From: Candidatus Thorarchaeota archaeon | GTDB lineage: Archaea; Asgardarchaeota; Thorarchaeia; Thorarchaeales; Thorarchaeaceae | Assembly: GCA_046758445.1 (NCBI GenBank) | Contig: JBHIAE010000018.1 | Location: forward strand, 1-57,126 | Direction of reading: 5' to 3' | DNA: 57,126 bases | Part shown: positions 9,640-18,650 of the stretch, piece after piece | How positions within the stretch are numbered: position 1 is the stretch's first letter | Layout of the letters: each line of letters begins with the position of its first letter | Notes under the pieces: generated by a model | The model's input: only the letters and a program-made list of their open reading frames with translations | What the model was told of the DNA's origin: nothing | Databases searched by the model: none | Made by a program: the position numbers and the translations under genes

Positions 9640-10815
9640 CTACAGATTCAAAGCTTCTATCACAATCTGTGAGAGGTCTTTGAATTGTATCTCTGATTTC
9701 TTTTCCTCAATGCCATCACTGAAGGACATCAAACATGATGGACACTCACTGGCAAGTATGTTGGCGCCAGTCTTCTCAGCCATCTCAATTCTTCTGACTG
9801 ATATCCGAACGGACGCGACAGGCTCAGTGCCCTTTAGTAGTCCACCTCCACCACAACACCGTGCTTTCGGACCAGTATGCTTCATCTCTACAAGCTCAAG
9901 CCTTGGAATGGACTGTAAGACCTGTCGAGCTGGTTCGTAGATTCCCTGATGCCGACCCAACTCGCATGGGTCATGCCACGTGACCTTCTGTTGATACGAT
10001 TTCTTGAATTCGATCTTATTCTGTTCTAGCATCCGCAGGACGAACTCAGAGAAGGTCAAGAACTCTAGGTCTCCGACATCTTTTCCGAGGAGTCTTGGAT
10101 ATTCTTCTGAAAACGCACGATGACAACCTGGACAGTTGAAGACAATAGTCTTTACTCCAAGTCGTCTGAACTGGTCCAGGTTATGCCCTGCTAGCCTCTT
10201 GCTCTTTTCAAAGCCTCCCACCACGAAATATGGATTTCCACAGCAGAATTCGTCTTCCCCAAGTATTGTGAAGTCTACGCCTGCTTTTTGGAACAGTTTT
10301 ACAGTGTTTTCTCCCAGGTGGGCCATTGTGCCCTTGAAAGAGATGTTGCATCCCGCAAAATAGCCAACCTCTGCCTCCTTTTGCATATGATCCTCAGCAA
10401 TGTCAGCAACCCCGTCAGTCCAGAGGATGCGGTCATACGGGTCCATTTCCATAATGTTCTGAGTCGATTGAAGCGAACTGTCTATATACTTCACAATCTC
10501 GGGCCACAAGTCCAATTGGCCTATCTCTTCTCTTGTCTTCTGCCAGAATCTTAACAAGGGTATGTTGGCCTGGCATATCTCTTGACAAGCTCCGCATAAC
10601 GAACACTTGAAAATACGATTGGCAAAATCCTTAGGAATCGTCTTGTTGTTCTTAATCAAAGTTCTAAGCTGAAAAAGCTTGCCCCTCGGAGATTGAGAGT
10701 CCCAAAGAGTATCGAGATAGGCAGGACAGACGAAGGTACAGAATCCACATCTAGCACATATTGTCGGTTCTACATCAAGTTCCTCAAGCCTAAGTCGCTC
10801 GAACGTTTTCGTCAT
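9640..10815 (-). CDS. HdrD/GlpC-type CCG Fe-S protein
   Basis: CARCGFCTFVCP, CSLCGACQEIC, FAGC, CCGNP, CPGC, HDPCELGR, CCGGGG, CPSC. Confidence 0.9.
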   Translation of the reverse strand: MTKTFERLRLEELDVEPTICARCGFCTFVCPAYLDTLWDSQSPRGKLFQLRTLIKNNKTIPKDFANRIFKCSLCGACQEICQANIPLLRFWQKTREEIGQLDLWPEIVKYIDSSLQSTQNIMEMDPYDRILWTDGVADIAEDHMQKEAEVGYFAGCNISFKGTMAHLGENTVKLFQKAGVDFTILGEDEFCCGNPYFVVGGFEKSKRLAGHNLDQFRRLGVKTIVFNCPGCHRAFSEEYPRLLGKDVGDLEFLTFSEFVLRMLEQNKIEFKKSYQQKVTWHDPCELGRHQGIYEPARQVLQSIPRLELVEMKHTGPKARCCGGGGLLKGTEPVASVRISVRRIEMAEKTGANILASECPSCLMSFSDGIEEKKSEIQFKDLSQIVIEALNL

Positions 10816-10830
10816 CGATTCCTCTCTCCT

Positions 10831-11343
10831 TTATGGCCATGGCATTATCAGCAAATCCAGCAAAGGCCTCAAAATTGACTCGCCGTGTACAACCATTTCG
10901 CCCATCCCTGCAATAATCAAGATTATGAATCCTCCAAAGACAGTCAGAATGCCGTATGACACGAAGCCGGATGTGAAGCTCCAAATCCTATCGCCAATAA
11001 TCCTCCTCGCCGCTATCAGGAAGATGTAGATCTCAATGGCAAGAGTGGACCAAGCTATGATGGCCCGATAATAGGCATCTGCTAGCAGAAATTCGATAGT
11101 CCAAGACATAAAGAGGAAGCCCCACAATAAACCAACTACTAGCGCCAATAACCCGCATATGTTACCCCAGAACACAAATACATCAAACTCGTGAAAGATT
11201 CTCCCACTGCGGGATCCCGGGGTCTTGATATTGTCCCTTAAGATGAACCGCATCAGTATGTTCGCAGCCGCAAAGATTGCGTTTACAAAGAAAATTCCCG
11301 TTGCAAAGTAGATGAGTAATTGATACAGTGGCATCGAAATCAC
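10831..11343 (-). CDS. Four-TM membrane protein of unknown function
   Basis: Four hydrophobic segments; co-oriented between the cytochrome c gene and the CCG gene; start may be ATG 11334 (MPLYQ). Confidence 0.7.
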   Translation of the reverse strand: MISMPLYQLLIYFATGIFFVNAIFAAANILMRFILRDNIKTPGSRSGRIFHEFDVFVFWGNICGLLALVVGLLWGFLFMSWTIEFLLADAYYRAIIAWSTLAIEIYIFLIAARRIIGDRIWSFTSGFVSYGILTVFGGFIILIIAGMGEMVVHGESILRPLLDLLIMPWP

Positions 11344-11934
11344 CTATCCTACTGTCGCTCTCCTCCAGATCCCGATTGACAGAACGATCAAGACAAGCGC
11401 CATACCTGAGAACATGATTAGCCAGGTCATGAACCACTTATCTATTTCTCCTTGTCCCGTTGGCGTTGTTGTAATCGTTGTGCCGGTGTTTTGGCTAGCA
11501 TTGATGGGAACATCAAGACTGACTGCCAGAGCGCCTGCAGCTGCTGACCAAACGCGGATTGTATAAGATCCCTCAGAAAGAGGTGTGATGGTTATTGATG
11601 CCTCGATCGCATCTACATTTGGGTCGAGGTCCCCACCTGAATTGTCCTCCACCAGCTGTGTCGAAAACGAGAACTGAGAGTTATTGGCCCAACCACTCTG
11701 GATGCTCAGAGCACCAGCACCTGGTGCATCGAAAAACAGAATGAAAGGCACACCCACGAAAGCTTGCACTGTCCCGGTGGCATTGGATGAAAGTTGAAGA
11801 GGACCAATACTGGTGTGGCAGTCACTGCACTCGGTTACTTGACCAGGAAAAGACAAGGCAAATGGTGCAGCGATGAATATGATAGAAATCAAGGCTAACG
11901 ATATGAGAAGTTGAGCTTTCTTGTTGAATGTCAT
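11344..11934 (-). CDS. Membrane-anchored monoheme c-type cytochrome with beta-sandwich domain
   Basis: Signal peptide, CSDCH just after the predicted cleavage site, beta-rich domain, Thr-rich linker, C-terminal TM helix with basic tail. Confidence 0.75.
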   Translation of the reverse strand: MTFNKKAQLLISLALISIIFIAAPFALSFPGQVTECSDCHTSIGPLQLSSNATGTVQAFVGVPFILFFDAPGAGALSIQSGWANNSQFSFSTQLVEDNSGGDLDPNVDAIEASITITPLSEGSYTIRVWSAAAGALAVSLDVPINASQNTGTTITTTPTGQGEIDKWFMTWLIMFSGMALVLIVLSIGIWRRATVG

Positions 11935-12189
11935 GGATATTCACTCTGCTTCTTGGACAAATATCCGGGGACTATTCCAACGTCTCCCTGAGATACACTA
12001 GGTTCAGAACCTGAATGACAGGTATTTTAGCATATCGGAAACACTAACTCACATCTTAGCATATCAGCATCCTGTTCATACTCTGATGTAAGAAATTCCA
12101 ATGCTATAGGGCGCAAAAGTGCATTTTCAGGGAATTGAGTTAATGGTGGCCGCGAGTTGGGTCTAGACATATCTCAGTGAAACTTGCAC

Positions 12190-13914
12190 TCATTTCCGCA
12201 AAAACTTGCTAAGCAATTTCAATAGAGGAATCCCAATGGTCAGTGCCCAATTCAGAGACAAAAGCTTGATGAACAGCAACCCGAAGACTCCTCCCAGGAG
12301 CGAAACAATCACAAACGTAGGGATGGGTATTAGCGGGAAAAGGTTCATTGACATCAGATCAATCGCCCACGTTAGCCCGAGTAAACTGGGTCCTAGTGTA
12401 GAAATCAAGAGGGCCGATATGAATCCAGCACCGAAACCGAATGCGAGCGACTGCCATGCTGCCTCAATGCGGCCACCGAACACCTTCATGGGGTTGAGTA
12501 AGTCCTTTGGGTCCACTCTTCTCTTGAAACGCTGCAAAACCTGAAAGCCTCTCTCGCCATAGAATTCCTTTGCCTGTCTTGTATTCCAAAGGGCGACGGC
12601 GTAAGTATGCCCCCCATATCTTCCTGCAAGTGAATTAATCTCGAACGACCGATACCATCCAACAGTAAAGGATAGCTTCTGTCGTTCATCATCAAGAATC
12701 CAGACAAGGCACGATGCCTCTCCTTTCGCTCCTAGAGTCCCCTCCACTGCGATTTCGGAACCTTTGAGTTTCTCTTCGATTTCTTCCAGCATTTGGGGCA
12801 ATTGGTCGATGGGAACAAGCACTTCAGCTGGAACAAGACTGGGTCCCTTCCTCTTGACCCGTAATGGAAAGAAGCGTTCAGACCAGTGAAATTCCGCCCT
12901 CTCCCCATCAAGAACCAATCCTCCAACATCTTTCGTGGTCTTTTCAATAGTGGTGTAGTCCTCGTCGTTCTCATAGACAGTACTAAGAAGCGCTCCGGAC
13001 AGGATAAACTTGCCATATTCGGAATCGAGATTAGCCAGGGAATCCAATTTCGCGGTATAGTTGTCGGCCATATACCTGATATGATACGGCCTCGTGTCAC
13101 TCATAATCCGTCTTGCTGCCTCTACAAGATCACTCATGGAATCAAATGAACAGACAAAGGGCCTCAACTGCAGTTTGGGTATCGTTCTGAGTGTTACCTT
13201 TGTAATCATGCCAATTGTGCCATACGTCGCCATCAGAACTTGCATAGAATCCAAGACTTCTTCCGCATCTTGATCACCTAACTGCTCAAGAAACCAGTTT
13301 GTACCACTGTTCGCTTCATCCTCAAATACATCCTTTTCGGTGTCAAGAACAAACCTTCCTATCCTGACAATCCTACCATTGGCGAGTACAGCCTCTAGAC
13401 CGAGTACCTGAGTGCGAATGTCACCGTATCGCGCTGAGCCTATTCCAATTCCACCACTCGCAACAAACCCCCCCACTGTAGCGGCGACGGCGCTGGAAGG
13501 ATATACGGGCAGCGTTGTGCCCATTCGTTCAAGAAACATTAGAAGGTCTCGCCACGTTATGCCACTTTCCACTGTCACAAATGATTCATACTCGTCGACC
13601 TTGATGATTCTGATCATTTGCGTCAAGCTGACACAAATGCCTCCTCTTGATGGAATTGCTCCACCCCAACCGGAAGTGCCGTGTCCTCTTGGGACCATGG
13701 GGATTTCATTCTCAAGCGCATATCTGACCAGTCTCTGTAATGACCAAACGCTTACGGGTTGAGCTACAACATCAAAGCGTTTTGAGATAATCTGGTCGAC
13801 CAGTCCAGGAAGGCTTGTCACATCTCTACAATACACGTCGCAAGTTTCTTCACTTATGGACACATTTTCTGCGCCAACGATATCTTCAATTTCCAGAATA
13901 TTCAGTTTTGTCAG
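12190..13914 (-). CDS. FAD-binding oxidoreductase, GlcD fold, with C-terminal TM anchor
   Basis: PRGHGTSGWGG, YPSS...TVGGFVASGG, NPMKVF plus TM helices. The frame stays open to a CTG at 13914 overlapping the upstream TGA, with GGAGG 9 nt before; the extension (EDIVGAENV) aligns with the paralogue N-terminus. Confidence 0.85.
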   Translation of the reverse strand: MTKLNILEIEDIVGAENVSISEETCDVYCRDVTSLPGLVDQIISKRFDVVAQPVSVWSLQRLVRYALENEIPMVPRGHGTSGWGGAIPSRGGICVSLTQMIRIIKVDEYESFVTVESGITWRDLLMFLERMGTTLPVYPSSAVAATVGGFVASGGIGIGSARYGDIRTQVLGLEAVLANGRIVRIGRFVLDTEKDVFEDEANSGTNWFLEQLGDQDAEEVLDSMQVLMATYGTIGMITKVTLRTIPKLQLRPFVCSFDSMSDLVEAARRIMSDTRPYHIRYMADNYTAKLDSLANLDSEYGKFILSGALLSTVYENDEDYTTIEKTTKDVGGLVLDGERAEFHWSERFFPLRVKRKGPSLVPAEVLVPIDQLPQMLEEIEEKLKGSEIAVEGTLGAKGEASCLVWILDDERQKLSFTVGWYRSFEINSLAGRYGGHTYAVALWNTRQAKEFYGERGFQVLQRFKRRVDPKDLLNPMKVFGGRIEAAWQSLAFGFGAGFISALLISTLGPSLLGLTWAIDLMSMNLFPLIPIPTFVIVSLLGGVFGLLFIKLLSLNWALTIGIPLLKLLSKFLRK

Positions 13915-15110
13915 GAGCTGGCGCCTCCAGAATCTTTGGGTTTTAAGGAATTGGCCACAAATTGAACAATGTCCACAATATCAATTCGATACCCCATTGT
14001 AGATGATGCAAGTGTGAACGCCATAAGGCAGCGGGGGCATTCCACTAGCAATTTGGTCGCCGGAGTTACTGAAACATCCCTTAGGCGCATTTCTGCAATC
14101 TTTGATGCCAGCCCTGGTTCAACTACATTGAGAAGGCCATGTGCACCACAGCATCTTGTTTCTTCACGAGTCGGCAACATCTCAATCTTATAGACTCCTG
14201 GTATCCGCGCGATGACATCGCGCGGCTCTTGAATTATGTTGAGCACTCTGGCTGAGATGCATGAATCATGATAGGTGACTGTAATCATTGGCTGTTCTTC
14301 GAACTCCAGTAGTTTCTCTTTGGTCAGCTGCTCGATGAGCTGGGTGGTAGTAAGAAGTTCAAATCTATTCGAGAATGCTTCGGTCAGTTTCTCAGGGAGT
14401 CTAGTTTTGAAAGAATTAATGCAGGACGGACAGCTAAACACAATCTTCTTGACTCCAAGCTCTTTCATACTGTCATACGTATTCTCTCCCAGAGAAGTCG
14501 CCCCATCAAGATCACCAGCCCATATGAGTGGCGCTCCGCAACATACCTCTTTGTCCCCAAGTACAGTGTAGTCAATTCCTGCATGATCCATAATCTTGAC
14601 TAACGAATGGGCGACATCGTGAAGTTGAGGTTTCAAGCTTACGTTACATCCTAAGAAATATGCAACCTCTGCTGGAATGTTTACACAGTTTTGGACATCT
14701 CCCTCCACACCCTCTAGCCAATTGAGCCTAAGTTCTGAGCCCATCGCAAAGATGTCACCGTGAGTCCTTACGGACTCACTGATGTATTCGGCTGGTGAAG
14801 GCTGGAAACCCCTTTGCAGAGACTCCGCCCGGGCCGCTTCCCAAAAGCGGCTGAGACCTATGCCAGTTGTGCATACGGAAGTACAGTGTTCACAAAGCGA
14901 GCAGAGGAACACTTTCCATGAGAAATTGTCGTTGAATTCAGCAGTGTTTTCCCCAATCGCACGAAGTATTCGAAGCTTGCCCCGCGGTCCATACGATTCC
15001 CATTTCATTTGGCGGTAGATAGGACAGACCAACGTACAGTTGCCGCAAGAAGCGCATACATACAGCTCATCCATATGCCCCTCTATTTCAAGAGCTGACA
15101 TCTTATCCAA
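13911..15110 (-). CDS. HdrD/GlpC-type CCG Fe-S protein
   Basis: CASCGNCTLVCP, CSLCEHCTSVC, FLGC, CCGAP, CPSC, YHDSC, CCGAHG, CPRC. Confidence 0.9.
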   Translation of the reverse strand: MDKMSALEIEGHMDELYVCASCGNCTLVCPIYRQMKWESYGPRGKLRILRAIGENTAEFNDNFSWKVFLCSLCEHCTSVCTTGIGLSRFWEAARAESLQRGFQPSPAEYISESVRTHGDIFAMGSELRLNWLEGVEGDVQNCVNIPAEVAYFLGCNVSLKPQLHDVAHSLVKIMDHAGIDYTVLGDKEVCCGAPLIWAGDLDGATSLGENTYDSMKELGVKKIVFSCPSCINSFKTRLPEKLTEAFSNRFELLTTTQLIEQLTKEKLLEFEEQPMITVTYHDSCISARVLNIIQEPRDVIARIPGVYKIEMLPTREETRCCGAHGLLNVVEPGLASKIAEMRLRDVSVTPATKLLVECPRCLMAFTLASSTMGYRIDIVDIVQFVANSLKPKDSGGASS

Positions 15111-15154
15111 TTCGAGCCCTCCAAGAATTACCCTCTAAAGTCCATTGAGAATGG

Positions 15155-16468
15155 CTACCTGAGGTCTTCAATCATTTCTTGAGCGCACGCAATCCCCGAT
15201 CTCGACGCTGCCTCCATTGATGCGGAGAACATTCCGCAGTTGGCAAAGGACCCAGCAACATAGAGGCCATCTATGCCTGTCCGATTTGTTTTGAACCGGT
15301 CGTGGAGGATACCAGGCGGTTGAGCAAGGATTGACCTCCAAATCTTCCAGCTTTTCTTCCAGGTAACTTTCTCCTTCAGTGTTGGCATAAGCTCATCAAT
15401 CTCATCTAGGACAACTTCGGCAGCCTCATCATTGGACATCTGCAGAAGTTCTTTGTCAATGCTAGTAGCAGTAAGTAGCGACTCGCCAATGGGGGCCAAG
15501 ACACCTGAAACCCTCTTGGCTTCCGCAGCGATGTTTACTTTCTTTCCAGGAATAAAAGCACCGACATTGAAGTCCAGAACACGTGATGACAAGCCGAAGT
15601 AGGTCACTGTCGAGGGGCGATAAGAAAACTTGGATACAGCTGAACTGAAATCCTTGGGCAGCTTACCTATGTCAATAAGACTAGGAAGCAAGTCTATTGG
15701 AGTAGAGACTACAACTGCATCAGCATCGACGTGATAATCTCTTCCTTCTTGTTCAAACTCAACTCCTCGAACTGCGCCGTCTTCAATGACAATCTGCTTT
15801 ACATTACAACCAACTCTTGGCTCAACACCGAAGTTTCGCGCCTGAAGCATAAGCGTATAGGGAATACTACCCAGTCCACCTCGTTCAGGATACATAGCCT
15901 TGAAACCACCTTCGTATGTCATCCTTTGCTGTTCAGCGTACAAATATTGTCCAGCTGAAACTTCATCAGGTGTCATGAATGTCGAAGAGCGAATAAGAGG
16001 GTCATAAAAATCCTTCAGGATGGTTTCAGGCAATTTGTCTTCTGCGTACTCACCGAAAGTCATCCTATCGAGTTCCATAAACTCTTCTGGCTTCCTTTTA
16101 ATATTCGATTGAAATGCCCGTACAACCCTTGCTCTATCGGCGACAGGTAGGAGTCCAAACTTTGCGAGATCAGTAGCAGATACCCCCATAAAATGCCGCT
16201 TCCCGTCCTTTAGCCAAACGGCACCCTCGCCGACGGTGGTCATCTTAACACCACTTCGCTCCAGAATCGGAATCAGCGATTTGTATCCACCAACCACGAA
16301 GTGGAGTCCCTGGTCAAAAACGTATCCAGATTCCGTGAACGACCTTGCCCTGCCGCCGACAGTGGCTTCTTTCTCAAGTATTGTGCACCGAGCCTTGAGC
16401 CCCTTGAGCTCTAATGAGCAGCTGAATCCAGCTATTCCAGCACCAACTATGACTACCCTCGTCCCCAT
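15155..16468 (-). CDS. FAD-dependent oxidoreductase, phytoene desaturase/amine oxidase/protoporphyrinogen oxidase superfamily
   Basis: Start trimmed to ATG 16468; VVIVGAGIAG, E...VGGRARS, FDQGLH, GLYVAG...SMEAA..SG. Confidence 0.8.
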   Translation of the reverse strand: MGTRVVIVGAGIAGFSCSLELKGLKARCTILEKEATVGGRARSFTESGYVFDQGLHFVVGGYKSLIPILERSGVKMTTVGEGAVWLKDGKRHFMGVSATDLAKFGLLPVADRARVVRAFQSNIKRKPEEFMELDRMTFGEYAEDKLPETILKDFYDPLIRSSTFMTPDEVSAGQYLYAEQQRMTYEGGFKAMYPERGGLGSIPYTLMLQARNFGVEPRVGCNVKQIVIEDGAVRGVEFEQEGRDYHVDADAVVVSTPIDLLPSLIDIGKLPKDFSSAVSKFSYRPSTVTYFGLSSRVLDFNVGAFIPGKKVNIAAEAKRVSGVLAPIGESLLTATSIDKELLQMSNDEAAEVVLDEIDELMPTLKEKVTWKKSWKIWRSILAQPPGILHDRFKTNRTGIDGLYVAGSFANCGMFSASMEAASRSGIACAQEMIEDLR

Positions 16469-16875
16469 CTGGCCTTTGTCTGTAGCCCGGCTCGCACTTT
16501 CGTTTCGCGTTTGCTCTTTCAAAGTACACACCCGATAGACTATTCGTCTTCATGTAGCGTCGAAGCTATCACAAGCTGAAATGCAAACTCGCCGGCTAAA
16601 AACCTTACCGTAAATGGACAATTATCTCCATCGGTTTCAGAAGTAGCTTCTCGGGGTAGACAAGAGTCATCTCATGGAGGATCATTGCCATCCACTGCAC
16701 TGAAACAGCCCTAAGATTTCCATCAGTTCTTCTTTCTTACGAAGATTCTTGGATTCTATCATTGCGTCCACCTCGATTTCCGCTACCTCAGAAACTTCTC
16801 TTGCTCCCAACAGACACCAGGGGCTCAGGGTTCCGAATAATCAGAAGGTTGCAACAGCGTGGCTCTCCCTCTGAA

Positions 16876-18414
16876 TCATTTGACCGAGATTCTGAGTCCC
16901 TCCATTGTGCGGGCCTGGCTTTGAATCCATCTGGACAGGAACGCGGCTAGACCTATGAGAAGCAGACCAACCATAGCCACATAGATAGGCGAGACAACCA
17001 AAGCTTGCAACAAGTAAGCAAGGCCGAGGATCAGCCCTGTCAGCAAATGGTTAGCAACGGTTGAGGCATACGCAGGGACAAGGTCAAAGGAGCTGTCGTG
17101 GACTTTTCGAGCATACCGAATGCCCAGGACGCTGAAAGGAAGAGTGGACAACGCAATCAATGTATACGAACTCATGATCCCAAGAGCAACAGCTATAATG
17201 ATTGAAATGGGCACAGTGGCCAATATGGCAATGTATCCCTTGACGGCCCGTCGACGCCCGAGTCGAACTACAAGTGTCCTTTTGCCCACTTCCCTATCAG
17301 CAGTGTAATCTGGAAACTCGTTGATGTAGAGAACTGCGGCAATGAGGAGAGCAACAGGAACTGATACGAAGAGCGGGTCCAATGCAAACGTTTGTGCCTG
17401 AACATAGAAAGCACCGAGAGTCAGCAACACTCCGAAATTGATACCAACAAACAACTCCCCGACTCCCCGGCTGGCAAGTCGGAAGGGAGGGGCTGTGTAG
17501 AAGAGGCCAGAGAATACACCGATGAGTCCGAGGACGAGAATAACAGAACCGCGAGTGAAAGCGAGATACAGACCGATAGCGCCCCCTATTCCGAAGAAAA
17601 CAAAGGACCCGACGAGCACTTCACGCGGGGAAAGCAGGCCGAGCTGGATCATCCTGCTACCACCACTAAAGGGTCGCACAAACTCAACGTTAACGTCATC
17701 AGTACCGCTCTGGTGGTCAAAATAGTCGTTAGACACATTCGCTCCAGCATGGATACAAACTCCACCAACAAGAGCGAGAAGGAAGAAGTCCCAATGGAAT
17801 ATGCCCGTGATTGCCCAGGCGACGACTGTCCCAAGTAGAATTGAAACAGCTGATGCCGTCAAGAATGAAGGACGAATCTCTGTTATCCAGCTGCGAAGCT
17901 TGCTGCTTCTTCCCTGTGTTGCAGTAGTGGGTTGGAGCGCCTGACCAATGGTTTCAGAACGGCGAACAACAGTAGGGGGCACTCCCTGCACGATTTCCTT
18001 GAAGATTCTGAAACGAATCTCGTGAGGAACTACCTTGATCAAATCCAGCTTCCCGACATCACCTGTTTCGACGAAGTAGCTAACAACCGGTGATTTCTTT
18101 GCCAGCTCGGCGAAAGCTCGTTTCCGCTCCGCTTCATCGCGTATGATAATCGCGACCCCGGCAATCTCGACTTCGCGCGCCTCATTGAGGTCCTGGGCCC
18201 TCTGATATACGAGTAAGGAAATCATCTTGTTGCGGGAGATCTGTAAGATCTTCGGGTCGCCTTTGATTGAGGCCAAATAGACATTCAGGTTCTCGTCGCT
18301 CCAGAAGTGCATCATCCGCGTTCGGATTCCTGACCTGTCGAGAGTGGAAACTGTCGTGCAATCTACCTCTTTTAGAACTTGAAGAATCTCTTTTTCATCA
18401 TGCACTACTGTCAT
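16876..18414 (-). CDS. menA: Split-barrel (PNPOx-like) domain fused to MenA/UbiA-family prenyltransferase
   Basis: C-terminal ~330 aa carry RP.FL.AS, NVSNDYFD..SGTD, YTAPP.RL..RG.GE and NEFPD..AD..VGKRTL.VRLG, typical of MenA. N-terminal ~150 aa resemble a pyridoxamine-5'-phosphate oxidase-like domain (K..QI..N..ISLL, EIAG.A). Confidence 0.75.
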   Translation of the reverse strand: MTVVHDEKEILQVLKEVDCTTVSTLDRSGIRTRMMHFWSDENLNVYLASIKGDPKILQISRNKMISLLVYQRAQDLNEAREVEIAGVAIIIRDEAERKRAFAELAKKSPVVSYFVETGDVGKLDLIKVVPHEIRFRIFKEIVQGVPPTVVRRSETIGQALQPTTATQGRSSKLRSWITEIRPSFLTASAVSILLGTVVAWAITGIFHWDFFLLALVGGVCIHAGANVSNDYFDHQSGTDDVNVEFVRPFSGGSRMIQLGLLSPREVLVGSFVFFGIGGAIGLYLAFTRGSVILVLGLIGVFSGLFYTAPPFRLASRGVGELFVGINFGVLLTLGAFYVQAQTFALDPLFVSVPVALLIAAVLYINEFPDYTADREVGKRTLVVRLGRRRAVKGYIAILATVPISIIIAVALGIMSSYTLIALSTLPFSVLGIRYARKVHDSSFDLVPAYASTVANHLLTGLILGLAYLLQALVVSPIYVAMVGLLLIGLAAFLSRWIQSQARTMEGLRISVK

Positions 18415-18608
18415 TCCCAGTCATCCGTTTGTTCCTCTGTGTACCGATTGGTCTTAAATAGCTCCCCTTACTTCTCCCCCCGCTTGGGAACCGTGGCCTC
18501 ATAGAATGGAACGCGAATTCAGAATCTGTGGTCGAACCCCGGATTATGCCTTTCCTAGTATCTCAGGGCATTCCTCTTGGGAAGGTCTCATCCACATGAC
18601 CCAGATTC

Positions 18609-18635
18609 AGGACAAGCAGAATGGACTCTTGTCCT
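18609..18635. terminator. Hairpin downstream of the CCG gene
   Basis: AGGACAAG / CTTGTCCT perfect 8-bp inverted repeat with 11-nt loop just after the minus-strand stop at 18651; no clear U-tract. Confidence 0.25.
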
Positions 18636-18650
18636 CTTCTTCGACACGTA

